A stretch of 64,000 nucleotides of DNA from the human T2T-CHM13v2.0 reference genome, Homo sapiens. Below the pieces are notes generated by a model. That model worked only from the letters and a program-made list of their open reading frames with translations. It had not been told where the DNA came from and ran no database searches. Each line of letters opens with the position of its first letter. Position 1 is the first letter of the stretch. The DNA lies in the NCBI RefSeq assembly GCF_009914755.1, contig NC_060927.1; one strand, given 5' to 3'. The position numbers and the translations under genes are program-made. Below are positions 26,120-41,149 of this stretch, one piece after another.

Positions 26120-29100
26120 ATGAATAGGATAGTACCTCACATCCCAATACTAACATTGAATGTAAGTGGCCTAAATGGTCCACTTAAAAGATACAGAATG
26201 GCAGAATGGATAAAGATTCACCAGCCAAGTTTCTACTGTCTTCAGGAGACTCATCTAACATATAAGGCCTCACATAAACTTAAGGTAAAGGGATGGAAAA
26301 TTATGTTCCATGCAAATGGACACCAAAAGTGAGCAGGAGTAGCTATGCTTACATCAGATGAAACAAACTTTAAAGCAGCAGCAGTTAAAAAAGACAAAGA
26401 AGGACATTATATAATGACAGAAGGACTAGTCCAACAGGAAAATATCACAATTTTAAATGTATATGTACCTAACACTAAAGCTCCCAAATTTATAAAACGA
26501 TTACTACTAGATCTAAGACATGAGATAGAAGGCAACACAATAATAGTGGGGACTTTAATACTCCACTGACAGCACTAGACAGGTCATCAAGACAGAAAGT
26601 CAACAAAGAAACAATGGACTTAAACTATACCCTACAACACATGGATTTAACAGATATTTTCAGAACATTCTACCGAACAACTGCAGAATATACATTCTAT
26701 TCATCAGCACATGGAGCATTCTCCAAGATAGACCACAAAGCAAGTCTCAATACATTTAAGAAAATTGAAATTATATCAAGTATTCTCTCAGACCACAGTG
26801 GAATAAAGTTGGAAATCAACTACAAAAGGAACGCTCAAAACCATGCAATTACATGGATATTAAATCACCTGCTCCTGAATGATCACGGGGTCAACAATGA
26901 AATCAAGAGGAAAATTTAAAAATTCTTTGAACTGAACAATAATAGTAACACAACCTATCAAAACCTCTGGGATACACTAAAAGTGGTGCTAAGAGGAAAG
27001 TTCATAGCATTAAATGCCTACATCAAAAAGTCTGAAGGAGCACAAATAGACAATCTAAGGTCACACCTTACAGAACTGGAGAAACAATAACGATTCAAAC
27101 CCACGCCCAACAGAAGAAAATACGTAACAAAGATCAGAGCAGAACTAAATGAATTTGAAACAAAAAATATAAAAAGATAAATAAAACAAAAAGCTCATTT
27201 TTTGAAACGATAAATAAAATTGATAGACCGTTAGCAAAATTAACCAAGAAAAGAAGAGAGCAAATCCAAATAACCTCATTAAGAAACAAAATGGGAGATA
27301 TTACAACTGATACCAAAGAAATACAAAAGATTATTCAAGGCTACAGGAACACCTTTACATGCATAAACTGGAAAACCTAGAGGAGATGGATACATTTCTG
27401 AAAATATACAACCCTCCTAGATTAAACCAGGAAGATATAGAATCTCTGAACAAGCAGTGAGATTGAAATGGTAATTTTAAAATTGCCACCAAAAAAAGAC
27501 CAGGACCACATGGATTCACAGCTGAATTTTATCAGACATTCAAGGAAGAATTGGTGCCAGTCCTATTGACACTATTCCAAAAGATAAAGAGGGGATCTTC
27601 CCTAAATCAATCTATAAAGCCAGTATCACCCTAATACCAAAACCAGGGAAGAACATAGCAAAAAAAGAAAACTACAGACCAGTATTCTTGATGAACATAA
27701 ATGCAAAAATCCTCAACAAAATACTAGTGAACTGAATCCAACAGCTTATCAAAAAGATAATCCACCATTATCAAGTGGGTTTCATACCAGGGATGTAAGG
27801 ATGGTTTAACGTATGCAATCTAAAAATTCAATGCAATTCTTATCTTAATACCATATTATTCTTTACAGAACTAGAAAAAACAATCCTAAAATTCATATGG
27901 AACAAAACAAGAGCCCACTAGCCAAAGCAAGACTAAGCAAAAAGAACAAATCTGGAGGCATCACATTACGTGACTTCATACTGTACTATAAACATAGTAT
28001 AACATAACATAGTATCATATAAACAGAATTAAAAGCAAAAATCACATGATCATCTCAATAGATGCAGAAAAAGCATTTGACAAAATCCAGCATTTCTTTA
28101 TGATTAAACCCTCAGCAAAATTGTCATAGAGGGACATACCTTAACATAATAAAAGCCGTCTATGACAAACCCACAGCCAACATTATACTGAACAGAGAAA
28201 AGTTGAAAGGATTCCCCTGAGAACTGGAACAAGAGAAGGACTCCCAGTTTCACCACTTCTGTTGAACATAGTACTGGAAGTCTTAGCCAGAACAATCAAA
28301 CAAGAGAAAGAAATAAAGGCCATCAAAATAGATAAATAGGAAGTCAAACTGTCACTGTTTGCTGAAGATATGATCGTATACCTAGAAAACCCTAAAGACT
28401 CACCCAAAGAGCTGCTAGAACTGATAAAATAATTCAGCAAAATTTCAGCATACAAAATTAATGTACACAAATCTGTAGCTCTGGTATACATCAACAGTGA
28501 GAAGCTGAAAATCAAATGAAGAACTCAACCCCTTTCACAATAGCTGCAAAAAAAAAAAAAAAACTTAGAAATGTACCTAAGAACATGAAACACTTCTACA
28601 AGGAAAGCTACAAAACACTGCTGAAAGAAATCATAGACAACACAAACAAATGGAAATACATCCCATGCTCGTGGATGGGTAGAATCAGTGTTGTGAAAAT
28701 GACCATACTGCCAAAGGCCATGTAAAAATTCAGTGCAATTCCCATCTTAATACCACCATTATTCTTCACAGAACCAGAAAAAAAATAAAAAAATCCTAAA
28801 ATTCATATGGAACCAAAACAGAGCCCATTAGCTAAAGCAAGACTAAACAAAAAGAACAAATCTGGAGGCATCACATTAGGTGACTTCAAACTATACTACA
28901 AGGCCATAGTCACAAAAACAGCATGGTACTGGGATAAAAATAGGCGCATAGACCAATGGAACAGAATGGAGAACCCAGAAATAAGCCAAATACTTACAAC
29001 CAACTGATCTTCAACAAAGCAATGAAAACATAAAATGGGGAAAGGCCACCCTATTCACAAATGGTGCTGGCATAATTGGCAAGCCACATGTAGAAGAATG

Positions 29101-29905
29101 AAACTGGATCCTCATCTCTTCCTTAATCAAAAATCAACTCGAGATGGATCAAAGACTTAGATATAAGAGCTGAAACCATAAAGATTCTAGAAGATAACAT
29201 CAGAAAAACCTTTCTAGACATTGGCTTAGGCAAGTACTTTATGACCAAGAACCCAAAAGCAAATGCAACAAAAATAAAAATAAATAGATGGGATTTAATT
29301 AAACTAAAAAGCTTCTGCACAGGAAAAGAAATAATGAGCAGAGTTAACAGACAACCCACAGAGTGGGAGAAAATCTTCATACATCTGAAAAAGGACTAAT
29401 ATCCAGAATCTAAAATAATTCAAATCAGCAAGAAAGAAACAAACAACCCCATCAAAAAGTGGCCTAAGGACATGAATAGACAATTCTCAAAAGAAGATAT
29501 ACAAATGGCCAACAAGCAAATGGAAAAATGCTCAACATCACTAATTATCAGTGAAATGCAAACTGAAACCACAACATGATACCACCTCACTCCTACAAGA
29601 ATGGCCATAATCAAAAACATAAAAAAAAAAATAGATGTTGGTGTGGGTTTGGTAAAAAGGGAACACTTTTACATTGTAGGTGGGAATGTAAACTAGTGCA
29701 ACCAGTATGGAAAAAAGTGTGGAGATTCCTTAAAGAACTAAAAGTAGATGTACCATTTGATTTAGCAATCCCCCTACTACATATTTACCCAGAGGAAAAG
29801 AAGTCATTACACAAAAAAAATACTTGCACATGCCTGTTTATAGCAGCAAAATTTTCAATTGCAAAAATATGGAACCAGCCCAAATGCCCACCAATCAATG
29901 AGTAG
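26120..29905 (+). pseudogene. L1 ORF2p remnant (EN, RT, C-terminal domain; many stops and frameshifts)
   Basis: [58 protein letters not shown]. Confidence 0.9.
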
Positions 29906-30379
29906 ATAAAGAAAATGTGGTATATATACGCTGTGGACTACAACTCAGCCATAAAAAGGAATGAAATAATGGCATTTGCAGCAATGCCATTGCAATTGCA
30001 GGATGGAATTGGAGACTATTATTCTAAGTAACTCAGGAATGGAAAACCAAACATTGTATATTCTCATATGTGGGAGCTAAGCTATGAGGATGCAAAGGCA
30101 TAAGAATTATACATTGGACTTTGGGGACTCAGGGAAAAAGGGTTGGTGGTGGCAAGAAATAAAAGGCCACACACTGAGTACAGCATATGCTGCTAGGGTC
30201 ATGGGTGCACCAAAATCTCAGAAATCATCATTAAAGAACTTATTCATGTAACCAAACACCATCTGTTACCCCAAAACCTACTGAAATTAAAAAAAATTAA
30301 AAATTAAAGTAAAATAAAATATTTAGCCATTTATTTTTCCTGGGAAATTTTAAACTTCATTATGATGGATTCTTCTAAT

Positions 30380-32230
<1,851 letters not shown>

Positions 32231-34959
32231 TTGTGCATCCTTAATTCGAAGTGAGAGGAACATATGATTTTCTGGAGGAAACTTTCAACTTTGAATGCTT
32301 GTGACCAAAGGAAAACTATGACATCATCTGGCAGCCATTTCAAATTATAGCCAGATGTTCTAAAATGGTTTCTTACTACCCCAGAAGTGTGGCTTTAAGT
32401 CACTTCCACTTCACAGGCATTGCTATCAATTTTCTATCTCTCACAACTCAAAATCTTAAAGACAAAAGGTGTTATATCATCTTATAACTTTCTGAATTTT
32501 TACAGGTGATTTTAGCTAAGACAATCCAAACATCTGGAGATCCCTCTCCATTTTTCTTTGATGTTAAACACATTTTTACAGAAGTAAATACAGCTCTCTT
32601 CTGCACTGACATAGAGAAAATACTTTTTGCTCAATATTTCAAGGACGACTTTAAAAATCTATTCTAAAATATAGGTAAAAAAGTAGCATATGAAATTTAA
32701 AACATTATATTAAAACAAGATATAATTGCACTATAAAGGTTAAATCTCATATTTAGCGCTCACATGATATCACTCAATTTTGTGAGGCGTCTTTTGTAAA
32801 GTATAGTAGGCCATTATGAGTATTTGGTTACATAATTCATTTTCACTTAATGTAGATAGTATTAATATATTTTGTGTGGTTCGGTTCTATGAATTTTCAA
32901 AGAGCATGATTCATTCATGGGTAATCAGTAACCCATAGTCCTTGTATAGTCATTAGAATATCCTGTCTTGATGGTTTTCTGTGAATATCAACGCTCTCAG
33001 AAGTATGCCATTGGGACTAAGCCTACATAGATGTCAGAGATTCTCTAAAATGACCCAGCCAATACTCCCTCCACCTTTCATTTCTCTGGTATTGTGACTT
33101 ACTAAGTGTTTTACAGGAAGAAATTAAACATTCAGGAAAGTGTGTTAATTTTCAAAAAGACTCCTTTTTTGTGTCTGCCCTCATTTTCTTGCTTTTTGAG
33201 TCAGTTATCGGGATTTTGAAGTTTAAAATGCTGAGATTTTTAAAGTTTCAATCGAAAAGTATTCATACTTTGACATTGAATAAAATTTCCCAGTTAGCAT
33301 GATCTTTAAAATACAAATTTGATTTACATTTACATTTCAAAGCTTTTAATTCTTTTTGGTGAATGTCCCCTGATACTGCACTCTGCAGACCCATTCTATT
33401 TGTTTAGCTTTGGCTTCTCCCCTGCCTTGAGTGTTAAATTTGGTGGGAGATGGGCAAGGAAATCAGAGTGAACCCTCACATCTCAGCTCTGATAGAAGGT
33501 GCACCTATTCCTCTATACCAGTATGTTTAAGAAGTCTTGTAACACATCTTGCTTTTAGAAATCCATTTATTTTTGTTTTTGTTTTTGTTTTTTAAAGAGG
33601 TTCTCATACATAAGTGGGGTGAACAGGTGAATAACATTGATTTCTTTAGAAGACAGGTATTATGTAAATACTGCCTTGTAGAAATGCATTTCCATTTCCT
33701 GCATTGATCTCATCTTAAAGCCTTGCAGTCAATCCTATTTTTTATGTGTTGCTGTTTTAATAGAAATTCCATGTTCCACAATGAAAGTAACTGACCAAAG
33801 ATGTTGAAATGATGTTTAAAAGCCTCTTATCTATCATCTTTGGAATTTCAGGATATCATTAAAAAACAAAAGCAACAAATGATAAAAAGAACAAACAGTG
33901 GTGTGCTTTAGCTGATATTCATTATTCAAATAGCTTCTCAATGTTTTTTTCGTCTATTTTTCTTTCCTTCTAGAAAATTCCTTTTTGAAAGATGGCTTTG
34001 AACTCGGACCAGTCTATAAGGAATAGATTTTACTGTTTATCATTAGGAGGAGAGGATTTTTTTACCTTACACATAGTGTGGTTGAACCGATCATTAAGTG
34101 ACTAAAACTCTCCTCTATCCCTAAACTTTATCCTATTCAACTAGGAAAACCAAGACAGGACCTCTTCCTCTTGTAGAACATCCTGACAGCGTTCACTAAA
34201 AGCTAGTTTGTGTATATCTCAGTAGAGATTTCCATCAACAAAGCAGTGACAATATCTGCCAAAGGATTTTGCATTTGTATTGCAACTTCATGAGCATAAA
34301 ATAAAAAAAACTTGAATTGCCACTATCATATAATGGTTATTCTTATATGTAATCATTATTACCAACTTATTTATTTTTCTAAAATCACATTTTATTTTTT
34401 AATGAAATATAATGAAAAATCTTAATCTCCAAATTTGTTTTTTAAATTATATTGTAGTTTATCACATGTTTTTAAGTTAACCAGAAACATCTATGATCTT
34501 GACCTTTAAATCATTTATTAAAATAAAAACATAGGTGCCTGGGACCAGAATTCATTTTTATAAAATCACAACTGTTCACTATATAACACTATGATTTCTT
34601 TTTGTGTTTCTGATATTTTCCTATCTAAAAGTGACATAGGGTTAAAAAGGAGAGAAAGTGGATGTAGAACAATATCCAAACATTGGTTCCCTGCTTCAGT
34701 CCATAATTGTCATTCATTTTTTATTGCCTCAATTCCAGTTATCAAAAGGTAGGTACTAATCCAAACTGCATTTCACCTCCTAGCAAAGGAGTTAAAATAT
34801 GTCTTATTGTTCTCCATGTTCTGTATGAAGTTCTTACTTTGAAATGCAGGGCCCTTCATTCTTTGGCTTAATCCTCTGAAACTCACTGAATTTTCTAGCC
34901 TTGTCATCTACCAAAATGTGCACATATTGTTGTACCTTGGGCTGTCTTAAAAAAAGACA

Positions 34960-35100
34960 TCATGAACTCTGGAGCCAGACTATCTAGATCAGAATCCCAC
35001 CTGTACCACTTACTAGCTGTATGACCTGGGGCAAGTGACTTAACCTCTCTTTGACTCAGCATTCTCATCTATATAATAAGAACAATTAAAGTATCTGACA
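34960..35100 (+). mobile_element. MIR
   Basis: actctggagccagac...ccacttactagctgtatgacctggggcaagtgacttaacctctct. Confidence 0.8.
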
Positions 35101-35405
35101 GGAGAATCAAAGCCTGGCCAAATGAAACAGGAAAAGAGGGAGCAAAAATGCTGTTTATTTTTCTGCTTAATCATTTACTCCTTCATTAAATAATCATTTA
35201 TACCTCAACAACTTCCAGTTTTAACAAAAATAGATTTGAGTTTACTTAATCACAGATAAAATAAAACATATGGATAAATGGAACCAAAGCAAAGCAATAA
35301 AGAAAAATAGTGAGAAGGAACATTAAACTTTTGGTAGAGCGTGGACATGACATCCAAGTTAAGACCTGAAATGAACTATAATTGAAATTCCTTGAAGGAA
35401 AAGCT

Positions 35406-35735
<330 letters not shown>

Positions 35736-36240
35736 TTACATAATTCAGCCTAAAAGTTAGAATGTTAGCTTCTGGGGAAGTTAAGACCGTCATAATTTTT
35801 TTTTCCACTTCTGTATACTAAGAACCTGAATGATTCTTAGATAACAATTTGGATTTATTTAATATTTATTAAGTGAATTATGAAATCAGTGAATAATAAA
35901 AAAGCATGTCACATTTTCTATTGCTAAAAAAGTAATTTTATATAACATCCATTTCTCCAAATAATATCCTCTCTAATTTAAGATGGATAATGATGCCTGA
36001 TCTTATTTAAGAAATGTATTCTATTTTGAAGAGCTTAATAAAAATAATTTTGACTCATTATAAACATGGCCAACTCCAACTCTCTTTTAGCCAGTTGTAT
36101 CTTTAACTAAGCTGGTAATCAGATGAGAATCATGTGCACATTGCATTCTATGAAGCTTAGCTTCACTGATGTGGCTTACACGCTGTTTCAGAGATGTATG
36201 GTCATTCTTTGGTCCTTTCTAGTGTATGTGGAATCCCGTT

Positions 36241-36649
36241 TGATATAGTTTGGATATTTGTATCCTCCAAATCTCTAGTTGAAATGTAATTCCCATTGCT
36301 GGAGGTGGAGCTTGGTGGGAGGTGTTTGGGTCATGGAAGTGGCTCTCTCATGAATCGCTTGGTGCTACCCTAACAATAATAAATGAGTTCTCACTCTAAG
36401 TTGGCATAAATCTGGTTGGTTAGAAGGCATCTGCCTCCTCACTCTCTTGCTCCTATTCTTGCCATGTGACGTGCCTGCTTCCCCTTCGTCTTCTGCCATG
36501 ATTGTAAGTTTCCTGAGGCCCTCACCAGAAGCAGTTGCTAGAACTAGGCTGGTGCAGCCTGGAGGACCTTGAGCCAATTAAACCTCTTTTCTTATAAATT
36601 GCCCAGCCTCAGGTATTTCTTTACAGTAATGCATAAACAACCTACTACA
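36241..36649 (+). mobile_element. MSTB-like solo LTR
   Basis: tgatatagtttggatatttg...gagccaattaaacctcttttc...ctactaca; TSD ccgtt/ccatt. Confidence 0.88.
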
Positions 36650-36753
36650 CCATTGGACCCTGAGATTTTGCTGATGGACTGTTCCTACTGAGGCAATTCC
36701 TCTCAATTGTTCCTTAGCTCTCTCCCCAGGGAAGCATCTTAAAACCACATGAT

Positions 36754-37120
<367 letters not shown>

Positions 37121-37919
37121 TTATAACAATTTGAGACTGTAAGTGAATCATGGACCTATGAAGCACTACTCGTCTCTGAAGAGATCTTTGACTGCCTTGA
37201 ATCCTCAAGTTTAGGAGATTCATTTTGTGAATGTACACATGGTCATGTGCCCGGTACACAGCTATCCACAGGTGATAAAGAGCAGGACACAGGGCAAAAC
37301 AATTTGCTAAAGGGTTGGGAGAAATAACCTAATAAATTCAATTTCTTTCTCGCAGGCCTCCCTTTAAAAAGCATGTATCTTATGGTAGCATAACTCTATG
37401 CTTCCCATTCTCAACTCATCAGTACTATTTTTTGAAGTTGTAGGTTGTTGGTTGACATGGGCATTTTTAATTTTGTTATTACCAGACCCCATCAGATTCC
37501 CTAGGCGTCATGTGTGTTATCATAGGAAATACTTCTCTACTTGCCTCTTCCATTATGTCAGCTGTTGTTTGATGGGGATTAGGAAAGGGCACAAGAAGGA
37601 AGCTGAACAAAACTGCACGGCTGGTACCTTTCTCTGTCTTTTGTAAGTGCTTGTTAGCAATCCAGGATTTCCTGGGAAAGGACAGAAATCACAGATGTGT
37701 ATATATGCTCTCACAGAAAGTGGAAGCCAGTAACCCTGGGAAATTCGTGCTCAACTTTGGAAGTGTATCAGAGATATACTCCACCTCTGAAAACCTCCAG
37801 GCTGAGTATATATTTAAAATGTATCTTTGCATTTTTCAGGTTAACTACATACGTGACTAGCAAGACAAAATACAGCATTATTTTCTTTTCATGATATAAC
37901 TGGATAACTAATTGATTTG

Positions 37920-38232
37920 TTTACTAATTAATTTCCATTTCCCCACACCAGAGCATCAACTTTATGAAATCCAGAATGCAGTTTTGTTCATTGTTATATC
38001 TCTAGCCTAAAACTGTATATCACACATAAGCTCAACAAATGTTTGTTGAATTAATTAATTGATAAATGGTAGTAGAATTAGATTCTAATCCATAATACAG
38101 AAATATAACCTTGAGTAGATTTCTTAAAATATCTTAGACTCATCTTTCTCCTCTGTAAACTGGGAGGAAGGAGGGAAGAGGGACAACAAGATGACTTGTA
38201 AAAAGGTCCATTCCAATTCCAGAATTCTATGC
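37920..38232 (+). mobile_element. L2 3' end followed by MIR3-like fragment
   Basis: gctcaacaaatgtttgttgaattaat; ctttctcctctgtaaactggg...ccaattccagaattctatg. Confidence 0.5.
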
Positions 38233-38638
38233 ATTGTTAGCAGGAAGGAATATTAGGCTGACCCATCAATTCACTGATTAATTGAAAAATAGGAATTAAT
38301 GGAATTTTACCAAAGGGAATTAAATGGATTTAGTAGCTGCAATGTACCAGCCTATTTTGAATAAAACACAGTTCCTATGCTGGTTGATTCCAGAGGGGTA
38401 GGAAATGGATATGAACAAATCATATAATTCTCTATGATACAAGAACAAAGGATGACCAGTGTATAAGGATACCTCAGAGGTATTGTGGGTTCAGTTCCAG
38501 ACTACTGCAATAAAGCAAATATCACAAGAAAGTGAATCTCAATAATATTTTGGTTTCCCAGTGCATGTAAAAGCTATGTGTACACCATACTGTAGCGTAT
38601 TAAGTGAGCAATAGCATTGTGCCTAAAAACATGTATAT

Positions 38639-38712
38639 TGGGCTTCAAGTAATCCTCCTTTCTCTGCCTCCCAAAGTACTGAGATTACAGGCCTGAGCCA
38701 CCGTGCCCACCC
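38639..38712 (-). mobile_element. Alu 5'-end remnant (AluJ/FLAM-like)
   Basis: caagtaatcctcc...gcctcccaaagtactgagattacaggcctgagccaccgtgccc; rest of the Alu absent. Confidence 0.85.
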
Positions 38713-39131
38713 CCATGCTCCACTTCTAATTCTAGTTCTCTTGCTATTTTTACCACATCTTCAGAGACTTCCTTCACTGAAGTCTTGAACCCTTTAATGT
38801 CATCCAGGAGTGTTTAAACACCTTCCTCCAAACTCCTGTTAATATGGACATTTTGATCTTCTCTCATAAATGACAAATGTTATTAATGGCATCTAGAATG
38901 ATGAATTCCTTCCAGAAGGGTTTAAATGTAATTTTCCAAGATCTATCAGAGGAATCACTATCTATGACAGCTATAGCATTATGAAATATATTTCTAAAAC
39001 TATAAGACTTGAAAGTAGAAATTACTCTTGATCCATGGGCTACAGAATGGATGTTGTGTTAGCAGGCCTGAAAACAACATTAATCTTCTTGTACATCTCC
39101 ATCAATGCTCTTGGGTGACCCAGGTGCATAA

Positions 39132-39460
<329 letters not shown>

Positions 39461-40100
39461 ACAATGGCTTTTACTTAGTCACCATTCCATTAGCCCCTAA
39501 TGAGACAGTCAGCCTGTCCTTTGAAGTTTTGAGGCCAGGCATTGTCTTCTCCTCTGTCTGGGAAAGTCCTAGATGGCATCTTCTTCCAATATAAGGATAC
39601 TTCATCTATATTGAAAATCTATTGTTTAGTGTAGCCACCTTCATAAACTATCTTAGCTAGATCTTCCAGATAACTTGCTGCAGCTTCTGCATCAGCACTT
39701 GTTTCTTCACTTTGCAGTTTTATGTTATGGAAACAGCTTCTTTCCTTAAACCTCATGAACCAGACTCTGCTAGCTTCCAACTTTTTTTCTGCAGCTTTCT
39801 CTCACCTCTCGTAGCCTTCATAGAGTTGAAGAGAGTTAAGATCTTGCTCTGGACTAAGCTTTGGCATTAAGAAATGTAGCTAGTTTGATCTTCTATCCAG
39901 ACCACTAAAACTTTCTCCAGATCAGCAATAAGGTGGTTTTGCTTTCTTATCATTCATGTGTTCACTGCAGTTGCATTTTCAATTTTCATCAAGGACTTTT
40001 CTTTTGCATTCACAGCTTGGCTAACTGGTAAAAAGGCCTAGCTTTCAGACTATCCCGACTTTTGACATGCCTTCCAGACTAAGCCGAATTATTTCTGGCT

Positions 40101-40274
40101 AATATTTGCTAGAGGGAAGTGTATATTTAAAGCTGTGAGGGTATTTATAATGAATAATGATAATATTATTCCTTCTAGGCATAATAGGGATGGTATTAGG
40201 TGTGATCGATAGGTTAATACTCCCAGAAGTGATATAGTAAATGCTAATACAATGTTTATGTAAATAGAGGGCAT
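40101..40274 (-). pseudogene. NUMT: 5' 58 codons of mitochondrial ND4L
   Basis: In the mitochondrial code reads [43 protein letters not shown]..., with the ND4L hallmark RSHL.SLLCLEGMMLSLF. Confidence 0.95.
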
Positions 40275-40340
40275 TTGGTAGGTATGGGTATCATAATCTA
40301 ATGAGTTGAAATCATTTATTTTTGCTTAAACTACTTACCA
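40275..40340 (-). pseudogene. NUMT: mitochondrial tRNA-Arg pseudogene (anticodon TCG mutated to TCA), preceded by the last bases of ND3 (40341-40347)
   Basis: tggtaagtagtttaagcaaaaataaatgatttcaactcattagattatgatacccatacctaccaa directly abuts the ND4L ATG, as in mtDNA gene order. Confidence 0.92.
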
Positions 40341-40680
40341 ATTCAGCTTTCAGGTTTCAAGTGAAAGACACGCAATTCTTTCTTTCACCTGAACAACTTA
40401 GAGGTCATTGTAGGGTTGTTAATTGGCCTAATTTCAATATTGTTGTATCTCAGGAAATGGTGAGGCCTGAGGACAAAGAAAGAGATGGGGAACATCTGGC
40501 CAGGAAAAGAGTCAGAACATACGTTTATCAATTCAGTTTGCTGTCTTAAATGGGTGCTGTTCATGGTGCCACAAAACTATTAACAATAGTAACATCAAAG
40601 AATATAGATCATAGATTACCATCACAGATAAAATAATAATAAAGCTTGAAATATTGTGAGAATGACCAAGGTATGACACA

Positions 40681-40912
40681 GAGGAAGGAAGGAAGGACAG
40701 AAGAAAAGGGAAGGGAAGGGAAGGGAAGGGAAGGGAAGAGAAGGGAAGGGAGGGGAAGGGAGGGGAAGGGAAGGGAGGGGAGGGGAGGGGAGGGGAGGAG
40801 AGGGGAGGGGAGGGAATGGAGAGGAAGGAGGGGAAGAAAGGAAAGAAAAGGAGAAAAAGAGAAAGGGAGAAAGAAAGAGAAGGAGAAAGGGGTGACAAAG
40901 TGGCAGGGAGAA
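40681..40912. repeat. Polypurine low-complexity tract (GGAA/GGAAG/GGGAG units)
   Basis: ~230 bp almost entirely G and A. Confidence 0.95.
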
Positions 40913-41149
40913 AGGAAGGAAAGAAGAGGCAGAAGGCTGTGTCAAAATTGTCCTGAAATCAGTTTTGTCTCTTCTTTTAATTTATTGGCAAACAAACCAA
41001 CACAGCAACTAACTCTATAGCATATACAGAATGGAATAGGAGGTGTTTCCTAGAATTGGAAATGTGCTAACACTGTTGTTGTTGGCATGTTATGCTTTTC
41101 ACCAAAGAATTTAGCAAAAATTTTAAGAAGGTTAAGTTTTATAGAACCC

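Larger units (their letters stand above)
24102..30318 (+). mobile_element. Near-full-length L1PB1 (L1PBa-type 5' UTR, truncated), sense to RBMS3, inactive
   Basis: GC-rich 5' UTR, ORF1 and ORF2 fragments in order, L1PB1 3' end (gggagctaagctatgaggatgcaaaggc...caccaaaatctcagaaatc), A-rich tail; no clear TSD. Confidence 0.92.

Noticed and set aside
40089-40340. Functional ND4L gene or UGA-suppressor tRNA
   Set aside because: Truncated NUMT; a mitochondrial-type tRNA without evident Pol III promoter context; the TCA anticodon is explained by CpG decay.
40533-41020. Pro/Ser/Leu-rich and Arg/Gly/Glu-rich ORFs of 107-124 aa
   Set aside because: Translations of the polypurine tract, which lacks stop codons.
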